DNA from: a virus
Lineage: Duplodnaviria > Caudoviricetes
Direction: 5' to 3' (one strand)
IMG/VR virus record: IMGVR_UViG_3300035659_000010
Coordinates: 1 to 63,190 of that record
DNA: 63,190 bases
Positions 19,081-28,932 of the stretch are shown piece by piece. The first letter of the stretch is position 1, and each line of letters begins with the position of its first letter. Under the pieces are notes generated by a model that saw only the letters and a program-made list of their open reading frames with translations, was not told where the DNA came from and ran no database searches. The position numbers and the translations under genes are program-made.

Positions 19081-20001
19081 ATGTCGTACGAAGCAAAGAT
19101 CCTGGCGGACTCACTGAGTCCGGCTGACCACCGCGTGACCACGATGCAGGTCACATTCCCCCGACTCATTTTGGCGGAGTTCAACACGCACCGCGTACTC
19201 TCGCGCAACAGCGCGTCGAGTCGCGCGATCCCGGTCGAGCGGCGCATCGAGCAGATCAGAGAGAACCCGTTCGTGCCGGAGGCGTTCGGCAAGAACCAGA
19301 GGGGGATGCAGGCGAGCGAAACGCTGGATGATGCGGAGGCGCGACAGGCCGAGAAATGGTGGAGGGATGCGGCGTGCGCGGCGCTGGAGTACGGCGCGAC
19401 GTTGGCGGCGTGCGGCGTCCACAAGCAGCACGCAAACCGGGTCATCGAGACGTACGCCTGGCACACCGTCATCTGTACCTCGACCGAGTGGGCCAACTGG
19501 GACGCGCTCCGCGTGAGCCGGATGGCGCAGCCGGAGATGTTCAAGATCGCCAGCATGATGCGCGAGGTGCGGCAGGCGAGCACGCCGGAGCCGCTGGAGT
19601 ACGGCGAATGGCACCTGCCGCTCGTGACGAAGCCGCCTACTGACACGCACTGGACAAATCGAGATGAGGTCAACGACCTGACCGCTGTCGGCTTCGACCC
19701 CGTCAAGGTTTGCGTCGGTCGCTGCGCGTCGGTGAGTTACGAGCGCCACGACGCGACGACGCCCGACAAGGCGAGTGCGATCTGCGACAGGCTCCGCGCC
19801 GACGGGCACATGTCCCCGTTCGAGCACGCGCTCCGGCCCATGACGGCTCACGAGTTACGGCTCTTTCAGCAGGACGCTTTGGAGTGGAACGGGCGCGAGT
19901 GGATGCCGACCGGCGCCGTACGGCACTTCCTCGGCAACGTCGAGGGCTGGGTCCAGTACCGCAAGCTCTTGCCCGGCGAAGCCGTCTACGTGGGGGAGTG
20001 A
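19081..20001 (+). CDS. thyX: FAD-dependent thymidylate synthase (phage ThyX/Thy1-like)
   Basis: FPRLILAEFNTHRVLSRNSASSRAIP, HKQHANR, GHMSPFEH. Confidence 0.85.
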   Translation: MSYEAKILADSLSPADHRVTTMQVTFPRLILAEFNTHRVLSRNSASSRAIPVERRIEQIRENPFVPEAFGKNQRGMQASETLDDAEARQAEKWWRDAACAALEYGATLAACGVHKQHANRVIETYAWHTVICTSTEWANWDALRVSRMAQPEMFKIASMMREVRQASTPEPLEYGEWHLPLVTKPPTDTHWTNRDEVNDLTAVGFDPVKVCVGRCASVSYERHDATTPDKASAICDRLRADGHMSPFEHALRPMTAHELRLFQQDALEWNGREWMPTGAVRHFLGNVEGWVQYRKLLPGEAVYVGE

Positions 20002-20005
20002 CCCG

Positions 20006-20212
20006 ATGATCGACCTGAAGGAAACCATAGAGAGGGCGGAGGCGATTCTGCGGACGACTAGCACATCGGCCTTCGTTGAGGCGTATGCCTGCTTGAGAGC
20101 GGGCGTGGAGATGTACCTGGAGCAGCAGATCGTTAGGGAGCCGTGCCCGAATCACAAACTAGTGATGCTTGCGCCCGGAGAATTTTGCGCGATCTGCGCG
20201 AACAGCACATGA
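20006..20212 (+). CDS. small protein with CxxH/CxxC
   Basis: CPNH...CAIC. Confidence 0.5.
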   Translation: MIDLKETIERAEAILRTTSTSAFVEAYACLRAGVEMYLEQQIVREPCPNHKLVMLAPGEFCAICANST

Positions 20213-20306
20213 CCTACCCGGAGACGATGGAGGGCGCGTGAAGAACACCTACTGGCAAGGAGTGATCGCTGCGTCCCCGTGGGGCAACGTGCACAGGAGA
20301 GAGAAC

Positions 20307-21512
20307 ATGGAACAGACGACGAACGATGACCTGAATGACCACGCGGTCGAGCGCGCACAGCGCAGCGACGCCGAGCGCATCTCGGCGGAGTGCGACGCGC
20401 TCAAGGTGATGCTGCTGGAGAAGAACAAGGCGTACGGCTCGTCGGCCCTCGCGCCCGTCAGGATCTTCGCGAAGTCCGACACGGTGGAACAGATCCGCGT
20501 CCGCATCGACGACAAGCTCTCGCGGCTCATGCGCGGCAGCGCCGCAGGCGAGGACGTCGTCAAGGATCTCCTGGGCTACCTGATTCTGCTGCGCATCGCG
20601 ACGAAGGAGCAGTGGGACAAGCAGGTTCACGTCGCCGCGTCGCCGGAGGTCATCGAGGAGGCGCTTGCTGCCGAGCACGACTGCGACGACCCCGACTGCC
20701 AGCGGTGCCATCACATCGCGCCGCTGAAGGCTGCGGCGGCACGCGAGGATGTCGGCTTCGCTCTGACCGACGCGGAGGCAGCGGAAGCGGAGCGCGCGGT
20801 GGACGCGGAGGAGTGGGGCGGAGAGGTTCGTCGCAAACTCGGGATCGCCCGCGGGCACCTGGATGGGCTGGCACAGGATCTGGAGGAAACAGGCGGCTGG
20901 GAGGAGACGGTCAAAGAGATCAGGCAGACGCTGCGCGAGACGGCTGATCCGAATCCGTCCGAGCGCCACGGATGGGAGTTCCTCGCCGTCGAGAATCAGC
21001 GGCTCCAGGAAGAGGTTGAGGGATTGGAACGCGACTCGGATACGCTGCAGGCTGCGTACGATGCGGCCGGCATCAGCGGCCTGCAGAATCTGGCGAAGCG
21101 CATCACGGAGATGCGAGAGGAGAGCGAGCGACTGAGGGAGACGCTACGCGCGTTCGACTTGGAGAGGGAGCTACGAGCGCGGGCGGAACAGAGCTACGCG
21201 GCGATGCGAGAGGAGATCGTGAGGCTGCGCCGCGAGCGTGACGATGGGCATGTGAAGACTGAGCAACTCGTCAGCTGCGTTGCGGAGAGCGATGCACTGA
21301 GGGAGAAGCTGGCGTTTCGTGTGCATGAGCCGGGCACGTTCGCTGCGCTGCAGGCAGAGGTCGAGAGGCTCAGGAGCAACTCGGATTCGTTGCATGCCGC
21401 GTACGATGCGGCCGGCATCAGCGACCTGCAGAATCTGGCGCAGCACATCAAGTCGATGCGTGCCGAGCGCGATGCGCTGCTGAAGGAGAAACAGGAGGTG
21501 CAGGGCACATGA
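20307..21512 (+). CDS. Nmad1/DUF1599-like domain fused to a coiled coil
   Basis: LLEKNKAYGSS...RIDDKLSRL...EDVVKDLLGYLIL; internal repeat AAYDAAGISxLQNLA x2. Confidence 0.7.
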   Translation: MEQTTNDDLNDHAVERAQRSDAERISAECDALKVMLLEKNKAYGSSALAPVRIFAKSDTVEQIRVRIDDKLSRLMRGSAAGEDVVKDLLGYLILLRIATKEQWDKQVHVAASPEVIEEALAAEHDCDDPDCQRCHHIAPLKAAAAREDVGFALTDAEAAEAERAVDAEEWGGEVRRKLGIARGHLDGLAQDLEETGGWEETVKEIRQTLRETADPNPSERHGWEFLAVENQRLQEEVEGLERDSDTLQAAYDAAGISGLQNLAKRITEMREESERLRETLRAFDLERELRARAEQSYAAMREEIVRLRRERDDGHVKTEQLVSCVAESDALREKLAFRVHEPGTFAALQAEVERLRSNSDSLHAAYDAAGISDLQNLAQHIKSMRAERDALLKEKQEVQGT

Positions 21513-21865
21513 CCACCGTGAAGCTCCAGTACTGGCCCGTGCTCTCCCGCGATCAGACCGAGGACGGCAAGCTGAAGCGCGGCGGCTACAAGCGCACCGC
21601 GCTCGCGCTGGAGGAGCGCGAAGAGTCGCTCGTCCGACTGGAGACACGGTCTCGCGCTCTGCTCACGTGGGGCGTCGCGAACGCCGCGGAGTTCAGTCTG
21701 AACACCGGACGCTGCATCGGGAACCCTGACTGGGTGCTGATGAAGGAGTCCCGCAAGGCGCTCCGCAAGCTCGCGCGGGAACAGTTCCCCAAGGAGACGG
21801 TTGCGCTGGAGTCCGCCGCGAGCGATGCTTCAGGCACCGAAGGAGCGAACCATGGCGTTGAGTGA
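21509..21865 (+). CDS. hypothetical protein
   Basis: coupled ORF. Confidence 0.6.
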   Translation: MTTVKLQYWPVLSRDQTEDGKLKRGGYKRTALALEEREESLVRLETRSRALLTWGVANAAEFSLNTGRCIGNPDWVLMKESRKALRKLAREQFPKETVALESAASDASGTEGANHGVE

Positions 21866-22445
21866 CGCAGAGGAGCAGGCGATCAAGGAGCTTGCTGAGA
21901 TCGAGGGAAGGTCCGTCGAGGACGTCAAACGGGAACTGCTCCGAGCGAAGCTCGGGCTCTCCAGTTCGCCTCCTCCGGAGCGAACGCCGACCGCGCTCGC
22001 GCGCCGCCCCGGCTCGGGGGACGCGAGCGGCGCAGACCTTGCGCGCGTGCGCGCCGAGGCGGTCCAGCGGCACCAGTCGCAGGAGTTCCCCGGCTCGCCG
22101 GTCGTGCGCTACCGCGGCGACCATCGGAACGAATCGCCCGAGGAGGCGCAGGAGCGTTGGTTCCAGGAGGAATCCGAGCTTGTGGACGGCGTTCACGGAC
22201 TTGGCGGCCAGAGCGCTGGCGGCATCTTTGGCGGCGGCGCAATCGCCACGAGCATCTACGACCCGGAGGCCGAAGGACGCGCCGACGCGAAAACGGGACA
22301 GATGGCCAACATCAAGATGCTCGGGCTCATCGAGCGACTGGAGGCGCGGCTCACGGCGAGCGAGGCGGCGCGGGAGCTTCCGGCCCCGCAGCGCGGCGGG
22401 GCGCTCCCTGGCGCGGCGACGCGACGACTCGGACGGGGCAAATAG
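21852..22445 (+). CDS. hypothetical protein
   Basis: AAGGAG RBS, MALSDAEE. Confidence 0.65.
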   Translation: MALSDAEEQAIKELAEIEGRSVEDVKRELLRAKLGLSSSPPPERTPTALARRPGSGDASGADLARVRAEAVQRHQSQEFPGSPVVRYRGDHRNESPEEAQERWFQEESELVDGVHGLGGQSAGGIFGGGAIATSIYDPEAEGRADAKTGQMANIKMLGLIERLEARLTASEAARELPAPQRGGALPGAATRRLGRGK

Positions 22446-22756
22446 TGAGCGCCCCGAAGGCCATCACATTCATCCGACCGGACCCGTCGGAGTTCGTGCT
22501 GCTCGTGGCGAAGACGCGGGGCAACGGCATCGTCGTCGGCACCGAGAACTTCAAGCCCGGCGGGACGGAGTGGGCCACAGACCGGGACATGCGGGACGCG
22601 GGGTACATGCCGACGGAGGACGGGTGGAAGCTCCTTGCGCTGGTGAAGGAAGCTGCTGCGGCAGCGGCGCTATCCGACGACCGATTCGGCAAGAGTGCGC
22701 GACTCTGGGCGGAGGAGGCGGAACGGATCGTGTCCGGAACGATTACGCAGGGTTAG
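22445..22756 (+). CDS. hypothetical protein
   Basis: TAGTG overlap; MSAPKAITF. Confidence 0.55.
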   Translation: MSAPKAITFIRPDPSEFVLLVAKTRGNGIVVGTENFKPGGTEWATDRDMRDAGYMPTEDGWKLLALVKEAAAAAALSDDRFGKSARLWAEEAERIVSGTITQG

Positions 22757-22767
22757 GTACGTTGCAC

Positions 22768-23217
22768 GTGAAAAAATCGGACGTTCCTCGCGCCGCTGGC
22801 ACCCTCATCGTCGCCGATAACACGGGCCGCGTGTTGCTGCTGGAGCGCACCGACGGTCAGGGCTGGAGCCACCCCGGCGGCATGGCCGAGCCCACCGACG
22901 AGTGCGCCGAGGAAACCGCGATCCGCGAACTTGTTGAGGAAACCGGGCTCCCGCCGATCCTGACCGAGCAAGTCGCCCAGCTTCGCCTGGGCCAGCTTGC
23001 CGACGGGGACGTGGTGCTCGCCGAGGACGACGACGTCCTCGGTGGCCCGGTCGTTCTGGTATACGATCTCTTCGTGGTTACAGTCCGCGAGGAGTTCGTG
23101 CCGACTCTCGACGGGGAGCACACGGCATGGACCTGGGCCGAACCGTCCGACACAGGCCCACATCTGCACCCTGGAGCCGACTGTGCGCTCCGCTGGCTCC
23201 TGAAAGAATTTGGATGA
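22768..23217 (+). CDS. Nudix hydrolase
   Basis: WSHPGGMAEPTDECAEETAIRELVEETG Nudix box; EHTAWTW; LHPG. Confidence 0.9.
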   Translation: MKKSDVPRAAGTLIVADNTGRVLLLERTDGQGWSHPGGMAEPTDECAEETAIRELVEETGLPPILTEQVAQLRLGQLADGDVVLAEDDDVLGGPVVLVYDLFVVTVREEFVPTLDGEHTAWTWAEPSDTGPHLHPGADCALRWLLKEFG

Positions 23218-23717
23218 CATACCATACGCTCGCGGCGCTTCTGACGACCCTCTGCACGTTTTTGCTCGTCGCCCTGGTCGCTCTTTGGCGGGTCTCGCTC
23301 CGTCGCATCGGCGAGCTTCGCCGCGCGCTCGACGAGGCCGCAGCCGCGGCGAACGAAGCTCGGGGGGCGGTCGACTCGCTCGCGGAGATGGCTCGGACCG
23401 AGGAGCGGAAGGCCAGGGAGTTCTTCAGCATCATCGAAGGGGTCGAGAAGGAGCGGGACGGCTGGCAAAAGTTCTACCGAGAGTCGAGTCACGCGGCCGG
23501 CGTCGCTCAGGCGTGGCTGATGCGCGATCTCGGGCGGACGATCGGCCAGGCGAACGCCTACGCCGCACGTCTCCGAGCCCTCGGACAGCAGGCTCCGGCG
23601 GTGAATCTCGACCCGAACCTGCAGGACGTGCTGGAAGAGTTCTCGGTGGCACATGCCGCCGTCGCGCCGGACGCCCCGCCCGCGCCAGGACCCGGCTCAG
23701 CGGTCTCGCCACCGTAG
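23214..23717 (+). CDS. N-terminal TM plus coiled-coil protein
   Basis: LAALLTTLCTFLLVALVALW followed by helical region. Confidence 0.65.
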   Translation: MTYHTLAALLTTLCTFLLVALVALWRVSLRRIGELRRALDEAAAAANEARGAVDSLAEMARTEERKAREFFSIIEGVEKERDGWQKFYRESSHAAGVAQAWLMRDLGRTIGQANAYAARLRALGQQAPAVNLDPNLQDVLEEFSVAHAAVAPDAPPAPGPGSAVSPP

Positions 23718-23765
23718 GGTAGTAACTCTTGCTCTGGCATGTGCTGATGTTTAGGATGTCCGCAC

Positions 23766-24449
23766 ATGTCCGACGAGCCAGGAGAGGCCCGCGATAGCGC
23801 GGAGCCCGAGGAGACCGCTTTAGACCACGCCGAGGGGACCGACGACTCGGAGACCGAGTTCCACCCGTTCGACGAGGTGGACGAGGACTTCCAGCCGGGG
23901 CCTGCGGTGCGGGTCATGGGCCCAGACGGGCTCGTGCAGACCGTCGACACGACGACGGAGAGCGACATCCCCGCGCTCTCGACGGAGTCGCTCGTCTGCA
24001 TGGGCGACTTCTCGAAGTTCGTGCTGCGCGACGACTGGGGAAACATCAGGACCGAGTTCCTTCCGAGCGCCGTGACTCGCCGACCGAACGGCAAGTGGAC
24101 GGCGGAGGACGTGTCCGGCCACGTAGTCGAAGTTTTCCCGATCCGTCCCCAGTGCAAGCACTACGTCCGCCAACAGGGCAGCTTCCATCTGAACGCGCAG
24201 AACAAGAAGCATTACCGCCTGTGCGCTGCGCGCCGCACGACCGAGGGCACGTTTATGACCGTGTCCGATCTCGGCATGTGGGCGTGCGACATGCGCGACC
24301 CGTACGACGTCGCGAGCGTGAAACACCTCGACGACTTCGACACTCTCAAGATCAAGCAGGGCAAGGAACGCACGAACCTGCCCATGTTCCAGGGCTTCGG
24401 CATCTTCGACACGCCGAAGAAGAGCGACGACGAGCAGAAGGAGAACTGA
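23766..24449 (+). CDS. hypothetical protein with acidic N-terminus
   Basis: 227-aa ORF; TAGGAT 8 nt upstream. Confidence 0.7.
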   Translation: MSDEPGEARDSAEPEETALDHAEGTDDSETEFHPFDEVDEDFQPGPAVRVMGPDGLVQTVDTTTESDIPALSTESLVCMGDFSKFVLRDDWGNIRTEFLPSAVTRRPNGKWTAEDVSGHVVEVFPIRPQCKHYVRQQGSFHLNAQNKKHYRLCAARRTTEGTFMTVSDLGMWACDMRDPYDVASVKHLDDFDTLKIKQGKERTNLPMFQGFGIFDTPKKSDDEQKEN

Positions 24450-24451
24450 GC

Positions 24452-24991
24452 ATGCCCGAGACGACCATGACGAATCCGAATCAGGTGAGCGGGGACGACG
24501 AACCGGACACCGAGAGCGAGTTCCGAACGCTCTACACGGACGCAGCGGACGGGCGCGACAGATTCGTTGCGCTGGCGAAGGCCGCCGAGGACGCGGGGAA
24601 CGCCGACGTCGCGAAGGTCTACCGAGAGATCGGCGGGACCGTGATGACGCTGTTCATGGACATGGCAGCCGCGAGCGGCGGCGCGTTCGTGAACATCGAG
24701 GATCAGCTGGATGATCTGCCTGCCGGGGCAGGCGGGGAATCTGCGCTCTTGCAGGAGGACGCCGACAAGTACCTGCAGCTGTTCGAGCAGTTTCTACGGC
24801 TGCTCGATGGCCTGACCGGGCTCGTGCCTGCCGGCGTCGAAGGCGATGCGCAGCGCGAGGTCTTCGCGACGCTCCGGCGCATGACGGATGGCATGGCCGA
24901 GTACACCAAGTCGATCGTGATCGAGGACGATGAAGACGACGAGGATCCGGCGAATGACGAGGCCGACGAGGATCCTGACGGGGACACATGA
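24452..24991 (+). CDS. acidic helical hypothetical protein
   Basis: AAGGAG RBS; ATGA overlap with next gene. Confidence 0.7.
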   Translation: MPETTMTNPNQVSGDDEPDTESEFRTLYTDAADGRDRFVALAKAAEDAGNADVAKVYREIGGTVMTLFMDMAAASGGAFVNIEDQLDDLPAGAGGESALLQEDADKYLQLFEQFLRLLDGLTGLVPAGVEGDAQREVFATLRRMTDGMAEYTKSIVIEDDEDDEDPANDEADEDPDGDT

Positions 24992-27582
24992 CCGAATCCG
25001 CCTCGGCGTCGCAGTCCGAGACGGGACCGCGGCCAATCGACAGGACGCTGCTCACGGAGTCGAATCTCTACGGAGTTCCGTACGCAGCGTACTCCGACAT
25101 GACTCCGCGCGAGCGGGGCGCGATCAAAGCGCGCTGGGCCAAGAAGATCAGGGGAGAGGCAAAGCGCCGAGGTATCGACCAGGACGAGTTCCTTTCGATG
25201 TCAGAGGATGAGAGGGAAGAGGCTCGGAAGAACTTCCCCGAACGAGCGCCCCAGCCAGCGCCGACCGCTCCGCGCAAGTCGTTCGAGGACATCATGCGTT
25301 CGCATTCCCCCCGTGACGAGGGAGACGAGCCCGCTCGCCCTGTCCGTGCTCCGCGGTACAGTCCGCCGGTTGCGGAGATGTACGACGAGGGGCTCGCGGA
25401 GGGCGATCCCGAGACGCATTCCCCGATGGACGACGCCCCACCGACCGAGTTCGACCCGAAGATGCGAGCGAACGCGACGCTGGGCGATGTCCGCCCGGTG
25501 GACAACGAGGATCTCGTCGGCTGGAAGCAGCCGCGGAATCTTCGTGACGTCTACGCGCGCTTCACGATCGGTGACGGGCAGCACTTTGTTCGCGTCGAGC
25601 GGATCGATCCGAAGGTCTGGCAGCAGATCCCGTGCTCGGGCTACCTCGGCGAGATCCGCGAACCGATCAGCGAGCCCGAGTTCCACGCCTGGTACGGCGG
25701 GCGCGTCTACGCGCTGACCGTGTACGGGCCCGACCCCCGCGGGCGTCGCGATCCGAGCACTGGGCTACCTGTCATCAAGGCCAAGACCGAACCGTTCCGC
25801 TACACCGTTCCGCTTCTACCCCCGAATCTCTCGGTTCCTCCCGGAGCCAGTCCGACCAAGCAGGGAGACATGCAGATGAATCCGTTTTACACGCAGCAGG
25901 GGCAGATGCCCGCGACGCCTGCCGATGCGCAGATGCACAAGTCCACCCTCGACTTCTTCAGCACCCAGCTGGCGCGCGGAGAGGAAGAGAGGCAGCAACT
26001 TCGTCGCACCGTGCTCGAAGGCGGCGGGAGCACCAAGGATGTGCTCGGCATCGTCAGCGAGACGAGCGCCAAGGCGCTGGAGGCAGCGCAGCGGGCTGCC
26101 GAAGCGCGCGAGACGGCGCTGCGCGATCAGATCAAGGAGTCCAAGGAGGACAACCGCCGCCTGAACGAGAAACTCGACAAGCTGCTGGATGAGAAGCAGC
26201 AGGGCCGCGCGAATCCGGTACAGGACGCCGTCTCGCTCATGCAGACGGTCAACCCTGGCAAGAACTCCGAGGAGGAGGTCAAGCGGCTCCGCGAGGCGCA
26301 CACCGAGGAGATGTCGCGCGTGCGCGAGGGGCACCGCGAGTCGCTGTCCGCGCTCAAGGAGCGGCAGGACGACGAACTGAAGCGGCTGCGCGAACGGCTC
26401 GACGATGTCGAGAAGGTGGGGCGTGGCAAGCTCGACGATGCGGAGCGCCGCTGGCGCGAGCGTGAGAAGGAGCTTCGCGACCAGATGGACCAGCAGCGTC
26501 GCGACGAGCGCGAGGCTGCGGACCGGCGCGTGCAGGAGAACACGGCACGCTTCGATGACCGCATCAAGGACATGCGCGATCAGCACACCCGCGAGCTTCG
26601 GATGCAGACCGAGCAGCACGCCACGCGCGTCGACACGACGAAGAGCACGTGGGAGATGCAGCTTGCGAACGCGAAGGAGCAGGCGGCGCGGCTGAAGGAG
26701 GACTTGGATGAGGCACAGGCCGAGGCGGAGCGGTCGAAGGATCCGGTGCAGGTGATGGAGAAGGTCACGGCACAGGCCGAGGCGATGGGCTTCACCAAGA
26801 AGGAGGACGATCAGACCGCGGGCGAGCGATTCATCGGCACCGTGGGCATGGGGCTCTCGAAGGCACTGGAGACCATGAACGACTGGCTGCCGCGAGCGAT
26901 GGCGGCGCGCGGGCCGCAGCCGCCGGTTCTCCCTCCGGGACAGCCCGGCGCACCGAGAGGGCTGCCGCCTGGGCAGCGTGGCCCGCAGCAGCAACAGCAA
27001 CAGCCGCCTCGGCAGCAGAGCCGACGGACGGTCGCATGGGCCACGGCGGGCTCGATCCCGGTCGCAGGGCAGCAGCCGATCATGCCGCCCGAGCAGGCAG
27101 TCGCGTCTCCGGTCCAGGCGCAGCCGATGCCGGTGGCACAGCCGTTCCAACCGGTTCCTCCGGTGCAGGAACAGCCTGCGCAGGCTGCACCGATACCGGC
27201 ACAGGCGCCGCCGCCGCCACAGCAGCAGCCACAGCAGGCGTCACCATCGAACGGGCACGCCACGCACGTGTTCGCAGCGATCTTCCCAGACGAGGCGATC
27301 GTGGCCTTCCGTGAGGAGGCAGAGCGCGCGATCAACGTCGGGCTCCCGGCAGACGTGTTCGCTCAACGCTTCGTCGAGGGGTATCCGGCGCAGACGCTGA
27401 TGCTCGTTCGGCAGCACAAGGCGGAGGAACTGATCGAGGTCGTCAAGAGCATGCCGGACGGAGCGGGGTCGGTGATCCTGCGTCGCGACGGGAAGCGCTG
27501 GGTCGAAAAGCTCTGGCAGCAGATGGCCGCACAGCATCAGGCGCTGGCGGCGCAGCCGCAGCAGCAGGGAGCGCAGGCGTGA
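24988..27582 (+). CDS. large coiled-coil protein with Pro/Gln-rich segment
   Basis: 864 aa; long E/R/K/Q helical centre. Confidence 0.8.
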   Translation: MTESASASQSETGPRPIDRTLLTESNLYGVPYAAYSDMTPRERGAIKARWAKKIRGEAKRRGIDQDEFLSMSEDEREEARKNFPERAPQPAPTAPRKSFEDIMRSHSPRDEGDEPARPVRAPRYSPPVAEMYDEGLAEGDPETHSPMDDAPPTEFDPKMRANATLGDVRPVDNEDLVGWKQPRNLRDVYARFTIGDGQHFVRVERIDPKVWQQIPCSGYLGEIREPISEPEFHAWYGGRVYALTVYGPDPRGRRDPSTGLPVIKAKTEPFRYTVPLLPPNLSVPPGASPTKQGDMQMNPFYTQQGQMPATPADAQMHKSTLDFFSTQLARGEEERQQLRRTVLEGGGSTKDVLGIVSETSAKALEAAQRAAEARETALRDQIKESKEDNRRLNEKLDKLLDEKQQGRANPVQDAVSLMQTVNPGKNSEEEVKRLREAHTEEMSRVREGHRESLSALKERQDDELKRLRERLDDVEKVGRGKLDDAERRWREREKELRDQMDQQRRDEREAADRRVQENTARFDDRIKDMRDQHTRELRMQTEQHATRVDTTKSTWEMQLANAKEQAARLKEDLDEAQAEAERSKDPVQVMEKVTAQAEAMGFTKKEDDQTAGERFIGTVGMGLSKALETMNDWLPRAMAARGPQPPVLPPGQPGAPRGLPPGQRGPQQQQQQPPRQQSRRTVAWATAGSIPVAGQQPIMPPEQAVASPVQAQPMPVAQPFQPVPPVQEQPAQAAPIPAQAPPPPQQQPQQASPSNGHATHVFAAIFPDEAIVAFREEAERAINVGLPADVFAQRFVEGYPAQTLMLVRQHKAEELIEVVKSMPDGAGSVILRRDGKRWVEKLWQQMAAQHQALAAQPQQQGAQA

Positions 27583-27728
27583 GCGACAACGTCGAAAGCA
27601 CGCCGCCGCCCAAGCCGCCGAGCGACCCGCGCGAACGGGCCAGGCGAGCGTGGGACAACTGGACCGACGAGGATCGCGCAGCCGAGACGGCAGCGTGGAA
27701 GGAGGTTTCCCGGCCCCTGTCTTGCTGA
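27579..27728 (+). CDS. small hypothetical protein
   Basis: GTGA overlap, 49 aa MSDNVESTPPPK... Confidence 0.35.
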   Translation: MSDNVESTPPPKPPSDPRERARRAWDNWTDEDRAAETAAWKEVSRPLSC

Positions 27729-27740
27729 TAGCCTCCAGGC

Positions 27741-27983
27741 ATGTACTACATCCGATCCTTCGGAGATGACACGCCTTCGGTGCCGGTACAGCCTGCTCCG
27801 CACGAAGATCCCGCTTGGGTCGCCCCGGTACTGATCACCGGGCTGGTCGCACTCGTCGGGTTCGTTGTCTACTCGCAGTACAAGCTGTCCTCGCAGATCG
27901 TACAGAAGGAGGGGGCCCGCGGCCTCCTCGGTTACGAGGCGGGCAGGACCGGGCTCGGGATGCTGGAACGGGCGTCGAGGTAG
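27741..27983 (+). CDS. small membrane protein
   Basis: one TM segment; TAGCCT 6 nt upstream. Confidence 0.65.
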   Translation: MYYIRSFGDDTPSVPVQPAPHEDPAWVAPVLITGLVALVGFVVYSQYKLSSQIVQKEGARGLLGYEAGRTGLGMLERASR

Positions 27984-28015
27984 ACCGCCCCCGCGCCCCC
28001 TGGTAGCCTCCGGGC

Positions 28016-28213
28016 ATGTACCGTCACCAAGGGATGCTTCCGATCGGTGGTCTTGGCTGCTGCGGAGGGCATGTGCCGATGGGAGCCGACGAGACGCAGG
28101 CGAACGTCGGCGGCGGGGCGACTTCCTGGATCTCGGGCGCGCTCATCGTCGGACTCGCCGTCGTGATGTTCGCGATCGACACGAAGGACCCGCTGGGCCT
28201 GAAGAAGTCGTAA
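28016..28213 (+). CDS. small tail-anchored protein (GLG motif)
   Basis: IGGLG, PMGAD, C-terminal TM; TAGCCT 6 nt upstream. Confidence 0.65.
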   Translation: MYRHQGMLPIGGLGCCGGHVPMGADETQANVGGGATSWISGALIVGLAVVMFAIDTKDPLGLKKS

Positions 28214-28377
28214 GGAATGCGCGCCTTGAGCGGCCGGAATCCGGCCGGCAGCGAGCGCCAGAAGTAGGCGAACGCGGCCGAAAAAGCTGCCAGCATGTGC
28301 GATCCTTGAGTTAGGCGGCGGCGACGGCTAGAGTTCTTCGCGTAGGCGCTTCCCGACCCCTGCAACGGGATAGGTCC

Positions 28378-28932
28378 GTGCGCGCTCCGAAACAAACCTC
28401 AAGCCTCTCGGCGTTCCATGGACATCCCGACACGTTGCGGGCCATGGTCGCAGCAGTTCAGGGGCCGCGCGGGGAGCAGAGCCTGCTCGTGCGCCAGGTA
28501 ACGGAGAACGTCGTTCGGGGGGTGCAGCCGAAGGACTACCTCGGGGAGATCCTCGCCATCCGGTACTGGGTGACGGAGAAGGTCCGCTACACGAATGACC
28601 CCCTACACGTTGAGCTAGTGAGAGACGCACAAGCTCTCGTTGAGGAGATCCTCGCGCACGGCACGGTGACCGCGGACTGCGACGAGATCGCACTACTCAT
28701 TGCGTGCATGTGCTTGCAGGTCGGGCGCGTGGCGGAGTTCGTTGTCGCCGGCTTCGGTGAACCGGGCGCATACAGTCACGTGTTCGCGCGAGTGCAGGAG
28801 CCGCGCAGCGGTCAGTGGATCGTGGCCGACCCGGTCGCCGGCACCGACGAGCGGGGAATGCTCGATCGTGTGACCACTTTCTATGTCACGTCCTGTGACG
28901 AGCCGCCGGGAGCACCGAAGAGCATCACATGA
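28378..28932 (+). CDS. transglutaminase-like cysteine enzyme, putative maturation protease
   Basis: VRYTNDP, ADCDE (Cys), YSHVF (His), WIVADP (Asp). Confidence 0.85.
   Translation: MRAPKQTSSLSAFHGHPDTLRAMVAAVQGPRGEQSLLVRQVTENVVRGVQPKDYLGEILAIRYWVTEKVRYTNDPLHVELVRDAQALVEEILAHGTVTADCDEIALLIACMCLQVGRVAEFVVAGFGEPGAYSHVFARVQEPRSGQWIVADPVAGTDERGMLDRVTTFYVTSCDEPPGAPKSIT

Noticed and set aside
23214-23717. Spanin or lysis cassette (also 58564-58872 as a holin)
   Set aside because: Topology is compatible, but no endolysin or lipoprotein partner is recognisable; left as hypothetical.
24988-27582. Tape measure protein or SMC ATPase
   Set aside because: Charged rather than Ala/Gly-rich, no Walker motifs, no tail genes nearby.
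28214-28377. Possible ncRNA in the intergenic gap
   Set aside because: Only a short GGCCGG/CCGGCC hairpin, expected by chance at this GC content.
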